Positions 8,975 to 16,018 of a stretch of 22,372 bases of DNA are shown in pieces; position 1 is the stretch's first letter, and each line of letters opens with the position of its first letter. The notes beneath the pieces were generated by a model. That model was not told the DNA's origin, made no database searches, and worked only from the letters and a program-made list of their open reading frames with translations. Source of the stretch: Candidatus Aegiribacteria sp. GTDB taxonomy: Bacteria > Fermentibacterota > Fermentibacteria > Fermentibacterales > JCC-6. The stretch is from assembly GCA_046498225.1 (NCBI GenBank), contig JAWOBF010000083.1:1-22372 (forward strand), in the 5' to 3' direction. The translations under genes and the position numbers were made by a program.

Positions 8975-9985
8975 ATGAGAGATTCCAGACCGGCTTCAGC
9001 CCGAGTGCTGACGATGATACTGATAATTCTGGCTGCGGCCGCGTGCAACTCTCCGGCGGGGCCGGAAACCGGATCCACACCGGAAGGATCGGTCATCGCG
9101 TGGTTCAACGGGCTGGGAAATACAGTCGATCTCTACTTCCCCGAAAGCGATTCCCTGGTGTCCACCGCCTATGTCACGGGAACCGCGCCGAACGACCTCC
9201 TATACCTCGGTTCGAACAGGCTCGCTGTCCTCAGCTCACTCTCGTCAATCCTTCAGGTGGTGGATCTGTCGGTATCCGGCTCGATTCTTCACGAGATCGC
9301 CTTTCCGGCGGGAAGCAACCCCTATTCCATGGCCTGCGGGAACGAAATCGTATGGGTGACCCTGCTGCTCACCGGTCAGATAGCGGCCGTATCCGCTGAA
9401 ACATGGACACCGGTCGAAACGGTGGATCTTCCCGACTATCCCTACGGCATCGCGCTGGCGGCAGGGAGTATCTTCGTGAGCCACGGCGATTTCTACCCGA
9501 ATACCACACCCGGGGGAGTAACGGTGATAGATGCGGTTACCCTGAATGAAACCGGATGGATCGATACCGGTCAGAACACCGCCGAGCTGTGGCGCTGTGA
9601 CGAAACCGGGAATATCCACGCTTTCTCCTACACCTACTCCGATGACGGTGTCGTATCGATCATAGATCCTTCCACCGCAACAATCACGGCTCAGGTAAAC
9701 ACCGGGGGCGCTCCCTTCTCACCGGTTAGGACCGGCAGCTCCTTCGCCTGCTGCGACGGCTTCGGGTCCTCGGTATTCTTCTACGACGAATCCGGCGCGC
9801 TTCTCTCGACCTGGGTTCCGGATTCAACGATGGTTCTGGCCGGTCTTGCCGCCAGCGGCGACACTCTCTACATGACGGACTTCAACAGCGACATGGTCTA
9901 CATAGCGGACTGGACTTCGAAGACCATTCTGGATTCCCTTCCCGCCGGGGACGGACCTCAGGGCATAATCGCGGTCAACCGATGA
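8975..9985 (+). CDS. Beta-propeller lipoprotein (YncE family; BtuG-like candidate B12-binding surface lipoprotein)
   Basis: Lipoprotein signal ILIILAAAA-C; repeated YVTN-like blades (GTAPND, GSNPYS, PDYPYG, GGAPFS, GDGPQG; VTVIDA, VSIIDP); 15 nt after btuB with AAAGGA SD. Confidence 0.7.
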   Translation: MRDSRPASARVLTMILIILAAAACNSPAGPETGSTPEGSVIAWFNGLGNTVDLYFPESDSLVSTAYVTGTAPNDLLYLGSNRLAVLSSLSSILQVVDLSVSGSILHEIAFPAGSNPYSMACGNEIVWVTLLLTGQIAAVSAETWTPVETVDLPDYPYGIALAAGSIFVSHGDFYPNTTPGGVTVIDAVTLNETGWIDTGQNTAELWRCDETGNIHAFSYTYSDDGVVSIIDPSTATITAQVNTGGAPFSPVRTGSSFACCDGFGSSVFFYDESGALLSTWVPDSTMVLAGLAASGDTLYMTDFNSDMVYIADWTSKTILDSLPAGDGPQGIIAVNR

Positions 9986-9999
9986 CCCGCCAAGGGGGA

Positions 10000-10095
10000 C
10001 GGGCCCTGAAATGGGACATTTTACCCATTTTCCGTGCCGGGCCTTGAAATGGGACATTTTACCCATTTTCCGTGCCGGGCCTTGAAATGGGACAT
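10000..10095. repeat. Tandem repeat, 38-bp unit x about 2.5, each full unit with an internal hairpin (REP-like)
   Basis: Unit GGGCC(C/T)TGAAATGGGACATTTTACCCATTTTCCGTGCC at 10001-10038 and 10039-10076, partial copy 10077-10095; AAATGGG-8nt-CCCATTT inverted repeat in each full unit. Confidence 0.9.
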
Positions 10096-10151
10096 AGTGA
10101 CCTCGGGGGTCGGCTTACTTATGATTCCTGTTGTTGATCCAGGGAGGTATG

Positions 10152-12524
10152 ATGTCGGCTCTGTCCTGTGACCTTCATGTTCATTCCAAATACTCCAGCG
10201 AGTCCGGTAGGTGGGTTCTCAGGTCTCTGAAGGCTCCTGAGAGTTTCACGCCTCCGGAGCTGATATACGAGCTCGCCCGCAAACGAGGGATGGACTTCGT
10301 CACAATAACGGACATCAACACCATAGAGGGCGCCATGAGCATCTCGCATCTCCCCGGCGTATTCGTCAGCGAGGAAGTGAGAACATTCCTTCCGGGCACC
10401 AGGGCCTCCGTGCACATTCTCCTGTTCAACATCACTCCGGAACAGCACGACCAGCTGGTCCCGGTCCGCGATTCCTTCAACGAGCTTATGGAGTACATCG
10501 AGGACCAGGGTATCATACATTCGCTCGCCCATCCGTTCTATTTTCCCGGCACTGATATCAAGCCCGACGAATTCGTCGAAGTGGTCAGGCGGTCGGGGCT
10601 GGTGGAATCCCTCAACGGTACCAGGTCCGCCCTGGAGAACGAAGCGGTAGTACCCCTGACCAGGGAGATAAAGGGAGATGAAGGCTTCAACGGATTCACC
10701 GGAGGTTCCGATGACCACTGCGGCCGGTTCATGGGCCTGACCTGTACTTCCGTCCCCGGGGCAGGAAACCTTGACGAATTCCTGAAGGGCCTGCGAGAGG
10801 GGAGAGGCATTCCAAAAGGAGAGCACGGCAGCGCCATCCGTTCGGCCTACTCGGTCTACTCCATCGCCTACTCTTTCTACAGGGACAGGCTTACGGCCAA
10901 GAAGGTGCCGACCATAGCCACCATCGCGGCGGACCGTTTTTTCCGTCCGTCCATCTCCAAAGGGGAACCCACCGTATGGCACAAGGCCGATCTGATATTC
11001 CACCAGTTGATAAAAAAAGCGAGAAAATCGGGGGAGACGGATTTCGAGACCATATTCGCAGACCAGCTGATAGAGATAGGGAAGGACCTAAATCTTCGTT
11101 CAGGAAGCCCGGAACTGGAGACCGAGGGTATAGACGAGAGAACTTTCGAAATACTTAACATGCTGTCCAACAGGCTCTTCCAGCACTACTCCTCGCTCCT
11201 GGTCAAAAGAATATCCGACGGACGGCTTCTGGACGCGCTGGAGGCCTTCACCGCCCTGATACCCGTAGTTCTGCTCAACGTACCGTACCCGGTTTCCTAC
11301 CTCAACCGCAAAAAGGGAAGGGAAGCGGTGGAGAGCATTAACTCGCATGTGATGCCGGACAGGCCGGTTTCCCTCGCCAGCCCCGACAGGAGGGTATGGT
11401 TCACCGATACGATCGATGATCTGAACGGCGTTTCCAGGACCATACAGAAGTTCAGCAGGATCGCCATGGACAGCGGCAGGCAGATGGCGGTTATAAGCTC
11501 CCAGAAGCGGCCCCTCTCATTTCCCGGATGGGTGATGAACTTTCCACCCATAAGGGAGTTCCCGGTACCCAACTACCATTCCAAGCTCCTTTCCATACCT
11601 CCTTTCCTGGAAGTACTCAGATTCGTGGAGCAGGAACGCTTCGGCATGATGTACATATCCACACCGGGGCCGGTGGGCTTTGCCGCCCTGGGAATATCCA
11701 GGATACTGGGAATACCCGCCGCAGGTATCTATCACACCGATTATCCAAGGCACGTGAACCACATAGTGCAGGATGGAAAGATGGGGGAATTCGCCGGTAC
11801 CGCCGCAGCATGGTTCTACAGCAACGTTGACATCGTTCTGGTTCCCAGCGAGTTCTATATGAAAGACCTCGAGCAGATGGGGATACCCGGGGAGAGGATG
11901 AGGCTTTTCCCCCGGGGAACCGACTGCGATGTCTTTTCCCCGGAATGGCGCTCGGCCGATTTCCTCGGCAGGTTCGGAGGTGATCCGGAAGCCCTCAAGC
12001 TCTTCTACGCCGGAAGGATATCGCGGGAGAAGGACCTGGACGTACTGGCGAGGGCTTTCCTGAAAGCTAGAGAGTCCCGCCCGGACCTCGAACTCTACCT
12101 GGCGGGGGACGGACCCTACCTCGGTGAACTGGTCAACGGGCTCAGCGGAGAGGGCTGCTACTTCTGCGGCGAACTGCACGGGGAGGAACTTTCCCGGGCC
12201 TACGCCTCATGCGATATCTTCGTGTTCCCCAGTTCCACCGACACTTTCGGGAATTCCGTGCTGGAAGCGCAGGCCTCCGGTCTGCCGGCTATCGTCAGTG
12301 ACATGGGGGGGCCGCAGGAAATAATACGGGATGGAGTCTCCGGGACGGTCTTCGAAAGCCATGACCCGGACTCCCTTGCGGAGACCGTTCTGGAGCTTTC
12401 GGGGGACCGGGAGCGGATTCGAAGCATGGGCCGAAGCGCGAGGGAACTGGCTCTGTCCAGGGACTGGCAGAAAGCCTTCGAACAGCTCTGGAGCATATCT
12501 CCGGAGGATTTCAGGAGAAAATGA
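10152..12524 (+). CDS. PHP-domain / GT4 (GT-B) glycosyltransferase fusion protein
   Basis: N-terminal PHP motifs DLHVHS, SEEV, LAHPF, ESLNG, GGSDDH; C-terminal GT4 motifs DDLNGVS, YHTDYP, YAGRISREKD, FVFPSSTDTFGNSVLEAQASGLP. ATG 10152 follows GGAGG (ORF track begins at 10131). Confidence 0.88.
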   Translation: MSALSCDLHVHSKYSSESGRWVLRSLKAPESFTPPELIYELARKRGMDFVTITDINTIEGAMSISHLPGVFVSEEVRTFLPGTRASVHILLFNITPEQHDQLVPVRDSFNELMEYIEDQGIIHSLAHPFYFPGTDIKPDEFVEVVRRSGLVESLNGTRSALENEAVVPLTREIKGDEGFNGFTGGSDDHCGRFMGLTCTSVPGAGNLDEFLKGLREGRGIPKGEHGSAIRSAYSVYSIAYSFYRDRLTAKKVPTIATIAADRFFRPSISKGEPTVWHKADLIFHQLIKKARKSGETDFETIFADQLIEIGKDLNLRSGSPELETEGIDERTFEILNMLSNRLFQHYSSLLVKRISDGRLLDALEAFTALIPVVLLNVPYPVSYLNRKKGREAVESINSHVMPDRPVSLASPDRRVWFTDTIDDLNGVSRTIQKFSRIAMDSGRQMAVISSQKRPLSFPGWVMNFPPIREFPVPNYHSKLLSIPPFLEVLRFVEQERFGMMYISTPGPVGFAALGISRILGIPAAGIYHTDYPRHVNHIVQDGKMGEFAGTAAAWFYSNVDIVLVPSEFYMKDLEQMGIPGERMRLFPRGTDCDVFSPEWRSADFLGRFGGDPEALKLFYAGRISREKDLDVLARAFLKARESRPDLELYLAGDGPYLGELVNGLSGEGCYFCGELHGEELSRAYASCDIFVFPSSTDTFGNSVLEAQASGLPAIVSDMGGPQEIIRDGVSGTVFESHDPDSLAETVLELSGDRERIRSMGRSARELALSRDWQKAFEQLWSISPEDFRRK

Positions 12525-12529
12525 GCCTA

Positions 12530-12606
12530 TGGTCGGGGCGGCCGGATTTGAACCGGCGACCCCCTGCTCCCAAAGCAGGTGCGCTACCGAACTGCGCCAC
12601 GCCCCG
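12530..12606 (-). tRNA. tRNA-Pro (anticodon TGG), CCA encoded
   Basis: Reverse complement CGGGGCGTGGCGCAGTTCGGTAGCGCACCTGCTTTGGGAGCAGGGGGTCGCCGGTTCAAATCCGGCCGCCCCGACCA: 77 nt cloverleaf, anticodon arm CCTGC-TTTGGGA-GCAGG, T-loop TTCAAAT. Confidence 0.97.
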
Positions 12607-12620
12607 ACACCGAAGTCCTT

Positions 12621-12649
12621 ATTCTAAACACCGGATGTCCCGAGTACAA
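12621..12649 (-). promoter_or_regulatory. Sigma70-type promoter of tRNA-Pro
   Basis: Minus strand TTGTAC (12649-12644), 17 nt, TAGAAT (12626-12621), 14 nt upstream of the tRNA 5' end. Confidence 0.75.
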
Positions 12650-12669
12650 GTCCTAAATCCAGTTCTGGC

Positions 12670-12699
12670 TTGACTTATAGGTTCCCGGGGAACCATATT
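12670..12699 (+). promoter_or_regulatory. Candidate sigma70-type promoter of the carboxypeptidase gene, with palindrome in the spacer
   Basis: TTGACT (12670-12675), 18 nt, CATATT (12694-12699); palindrome GGTTCCC-G-GGGAACC at 12680-12694. Confidence 0.5.
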
Positions 12700-12759
12700 C
12701 CATTCTCCGCGTTTTGGTTATTGAACACTTTATCTCACATACCGAAGGGACCGATGTAG

Positions 12760-14427
12760 ATGCTGAAGCTCCTTACCGCAGCAGTTCTCCTGTTGTCGAC
12801 CGCTGGAATCTCTGCCGGAAACGCGTCCACCGGTGAATTCTCCTATTCGGTACCGCGTTATTCGGTTACCGTGACACTGCTCTCCCCGGACGAGGCTCTG
12901 CAGCTGGAAAAGCAGGGTTTCCTGGTGGAATGGGCACATGAGGGGAGGGCCAGGCTCTACGTTGACGCCGAGATGGAGAGCATGCTCCGCCGCATGGGGT
13001 ACGACCCTGTACCCGTTGCCACTCCACAGCCCCTTGTCCCCTACCCTTCGATATCCGAGATATACGATTCCATAGATGACGTGGTGGCGTCGCATCCGGA
13101 TATCTGCAGAAAGGTAACCATAGGCACCAGCGTGCAGGGACGGGCCATCGAGGCCGTTGTTGTCTCCGACAATGTCCAGAACGAGGAGATAGAGCCCGAA
13201 ATGAGGGTCCAGGCGGCGATACACGGCGACGAGAAGACTTCGGCCATGACCGCGCTGAACTTCCTTGAAGTGCTCACAGACAATTACGCGACCAGCTCGA
13301 TGTGCGCATACGTTGTGGACAACACGGAGCTGTGGGTGATACCCGTGCTGAACCCCGACGGCTACGTGAACGACAACAGATACAACGCCAACGGAATAGA
13401 TCTCAACAGGAACTGCTCGTACATGGGACCCGGCGGCGGGGGCGGCTCCACCGCCTTTTCCGAGCCGGAAACAGCCTCTCTCAGGGATTTGACCATGCAG
13501 AACTGGCCGGATGTGGAGAATTTCGTCAACCCCTACGCCGCCGGACTGTCCCTCCATGGCGGAGCGGAATGCATCAATACGGTATGGAACTACACGGAGG
13601 ACCCTCTGCCCGAGGATTCGGGCCTTGTCCACCAGCAGGCAGTCGATTACGCCGCCTCACCGGGAATAATGAGCTACTTCGGCGGTTCCTTCTGGATAGC
13701 CTACCCAGGGGCCAGCTGGTATCACACGAACGGCGACGTGAACGACTGGAGCTACGGCGAGTGCGGCACGGTAGACCACACCATCGAAGTACATAATGAC
13801 AAGCAGGCCTCGGACTGGCCCGGTGTCGCCAGTGCACACTACATGGCCATGCTGGAACTCATTACGAACAGCTCTTACGGGATATGGGGGACCGTGACCG
13901 ACGGCTCCGGCAACCCGATAGACGCGCATCTTTCCATGGGCATCAGCGACGGGACCGACTCCGAACCGCTGCGTTTCTGCCGTACTGACGTAACTCTCGG
14001 GGACTACCACAAAGCCCTGCTTCCCGGAACCTACGATGTAACCGTCACCGCTGACGGCTTCGTTCCACAGACCGTGGAAAACGTCTCCGTAGGCTCGGAG
14101 GAGAGGGTGGAAGTGAGCTTCGTGCTGTACCATGTTGGAATCGAGGGGCCCGGCCATGGGTCGGCCGCGGGGAACTTCTCCGTCTTCCCCAATCCGGCCA
14201 GCGGCTCCTGCAGTTTCTCCCTCCCGGTGACAGGGGTTGGAGGAACCGTTTCAATTTACGATATTACAGGCCGTTCCATCGCTGTACACGATGTTTCTCC
14301 GGAAACCGATGGTTTCTCGTGGAATATGGAGGATACCGACGGTTCCAGTGTTCCCTCCGGAATGTATCTGGTCCGGTTCAGCAGCGGTGGGTCCGACTGG
14401 TCGGCAAGGCTGATCGTAAACAGGTAG
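12760..14427 (+). CDS. Secreted M14 zinc carboxypeptidase with CarboxypepD_reg domain and C-terminal T9SS type-A / FlgD-Ig-like sorting domain
   Basis: Signal peptide; HGDE zinc motif, IPVLNPDG, RYNANGIDLNRN, SLHGG, GDVNDWSY, TIEV; LLPGTYDVTVTADGF; C-terminal FPNPA...IYDITGR...W...PSGMYLVR. Confidence 0.9.
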   Translation: MLKLLTAAVLLLSTAGISAGNASTGEFSYSVPRYSVTVTLLSPDEALQLEKQGFLVEWAHEGRARLYVDAEMESMLRRMGYDPVPVATPQPLVPYPSISEIYDSIDDVVASHPDICRKVTIGTSVQGRAIEAVVVSDNVQNEEIEPEMRVQAAIHGDEKTSAMTALNFLEVLTDNYATSSMCAYVVDNTELWVIPVLNPDGYVNDNRYNANGIDLNRNCSYMGPGGGGGSTAFSEPETASLRDLTMQNWPDVENFVNPYAAGLSLHGGAECINTVWNYTEDPLPEDSGLVHQQAVDYAASPGIMSYFGGSFWIAYPGASWYHTNGDVNDWSYGECGTVDHTIEVHNDKQASDWPGVASAHYMAMLELITNSSYGIWGTVTDGSGNPIDAHLSMGISDGTDSEPLRFCRTDVTLGDYHKALLPGTYDVTVTADGFVPQTVENVSVGSEERVEVSFVLYHVGIEGPGHGSAAGNFSVFPNPASGSCSFSLPVTGVGGTVSIYDITGRSIAVHDVSPETDGFSWNMEDTDGSSVPSGMYLVRFSSGGSDWSARLIVNR

Positions 14428-14453
14428 ATAAATTCTGAAAGGGTTCAGGCAAA

Positions 14454-14711
14454 ATGGCACACAAGAAATCTTCCAGCAGCTCCAGGAACGGCCGCGACAG
14501 CGCCGGCAGAAGACTGGGGGTAAAGGCAGCCGCAGGTGAACTGGTTTCCGCGGGAACCATCATAATCCGTCAGCGCGGAACCAGGATACATCCTGGGGTC
14601 AACGTTGGCAGGGGCAACGACGACACCCTCTTCGCCAAGTCGGACGGACGGATTCAGTTCCACAGAATGGGTGGAAGAAAGGTCGCTTCCGTAATACCAG
14701 AGCAGGTCTGA
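14454..14711 (+). CDS. rpmA: 50S ribosomal protein L27 (bL27)
   Basis: MAHKK...[14 protein letters not shown]...[28 protein letters not shown]; 85 aa. Confidence 0.98.
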   Translation: MAHKKSSSSSRNGRDSAGRRLGVKAAAGELVSAGTIIIRQRGTRIHPGVNVGRGNDDTLFAKSDGRIQFHRMGGRKVASVIPEQV

Positions 14712-14718
14712 CATTCGA

Positions 14719-15993
14719 ATGAAGGTCCAGGCTGATCTGATCATCACCAACATCGGCGAACTGGTCACAATGGCCGGTCTGCCGCCGCCAAGAAGGGGGG
14801 AGGCCGCGGCCCGGCTCTCGATCGTGAACCGGGGCGCAATAGCCTGCCTGGACGGCCGTGTGGTCTGGACCGGTCCGGAAAAGGAACTGCCAGGGTCGGT
14901 AACCGCTGTTGATGACTCGCTGGAGATAGATGTCTCCGGAAGGGTCATCACTCCCGGATTCGTCGATTCCCATACCCATCCCATCTATTCAGGGACAAGG
15001 CAGGCGGAATTCGCCCTGCGGGCGGAAGGCGCGGACTACGAAGAGATAGCCGCCGCGGGTGGAGGAATACTCAACAGCGTAGAACGGACCAGGAACGCTT
15101 CGATGGAAGAACTCGGAGAAACCCTCTCACATCACCTCTTCACCATGCTCGAGTTCGGAACGACCACCGTAGAGGTGAAAAGTGGATACGGTCTGGATAT
15201 GGAGACCGAGATACGATCCCTCAGGGCCGCCACCGAACTGTCGAAAAACTGGCCCCAGACCATTCTGCGCACTTTTCTCGGCGCTCACGAGATACCTTCC
15301 GAATACAGGGGGAGGCCTGACGACTACCTGGATTACATTCTGAAGGAAGTCCTTCCCATGGTCCGGGAGGAGGGACTGGCGGACTTTGTCGACATTTTCT
15401 GTGAGAAGGGTGTCTTCACACCGGAACAGTCCCAGCGCTACCTGAAAAAGGCTTCAGACATGGGATTCGGCGCAAGGATTCACGCGGACGAGTTCCATGA
15501 CACCGGCGGAGCGGCTGTGGCCGTGGAGGTGGGCGCTCTCAGCGCCGACCATCTGCTTTCCATCTCTGAAGAGAATATCGGCAGGATAGCCCGAAGCGAT
15601 ACGGTGGCCACACTGCTGCCGGGTACGGCACTATTTCTGGGAAAACCTTTTCCTCCGGGCAGAAAACTGCTGGACGCAGGAGCTGCGGTAGCCATAGCCA
15701 CGGATTTCAATCCCGGGAGCTGTTTCTGTGAATCCATGCCGTTCATGATCAACCTGGCCGTATGCATGTGCGGCTTCACCATCGAGGAGGTGTTAACGGC
15801 GGCCACGGTCAACGCCGCTTCCGCCCTCGGTCTGGGCGACCGCAAAGGCGCCCTTGCTCCCGGAATGGATGCGGATATGATACTCTGGGACCTTGATGAT
15901 CACCGTGGTATTGCATATCACATGGCTATACCCGATATTGCCGAGGTGGTTGTTTCCGGACACCCGATTTCAACTATGTTTGAGGAGAGCTGA
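14719..15993 (+). CDS. hutI: Imidazolonepropionase
   Basis: PGFVDSHTHP, YEEIAAAGGGILNSV, GTTTVEVKSGYGL, DIFCEKGVF, HADE, SADHL, ATDFNPGS. Confidence 0.95.
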   Translation: MKVQADLIITNIGELVTMAGLPPPRRGEAAARLSIVNRGAIACLDGRVVWTGPEKELPGSVTAVDDSLEIDVSGRVITPGFVDSHTHPIYSGTRQAEFALRAEGADYEEIAAAGGGILNSVERTRNASMEELGETLSHHLFTMLEFGTTTVEVKSGYGLDMETEIRSLRAATELSKNWPQTILRTFLGAHEIPSEYRGRPDDYLDYILKEVLPMVREEGLADFVDIFCEKGVFTPEQSQRYLKKASDMGFGARIHADEFHDTGGAAVAVEVGALSADHLLSISEENIGRIARSDTVATLLPGTALFLGKPFPPGRKLLDAGAAVAIATDFNPGSCFCESMPFMINLAVCMCGFTIEEVLTAATVNAASALGLGDRKGALAPGMDADMILWDLDDHRGIAYHMAIPDIAEVVVSGHPISTMFEES

Positions 15994-16018
15994 AAACTGC
16001 AGTTCAGCCAGAGGATGA

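Noticed and set aside
9824..10066. 80-aa minus-strand ORF (MGKMSHFK...)
   Set aside because: Translation of the tandem repeat running antisense into the lipoprotein gene; no protein-like features.
10000..10095. Mini CRISPR array
   Set aside because: Units abut head-to-tail and the intervening sequence is identical, so there are no unique spacers; no cas genes or leader.
10096..12606. Genomic island integrated at the tRNA-Pro 3' end
   Set aside because: No duplicated tRNA 3' end found by eye, no integrase, and no obvious compositional shift.
15989..16008. Terminator after hutI (GCTGAA...TTCAGC, nested AACTGCAGTT palindrome)
   Set aside because: Only a 6-bp stem with no U-tract; could be chance or a minor processing signal.
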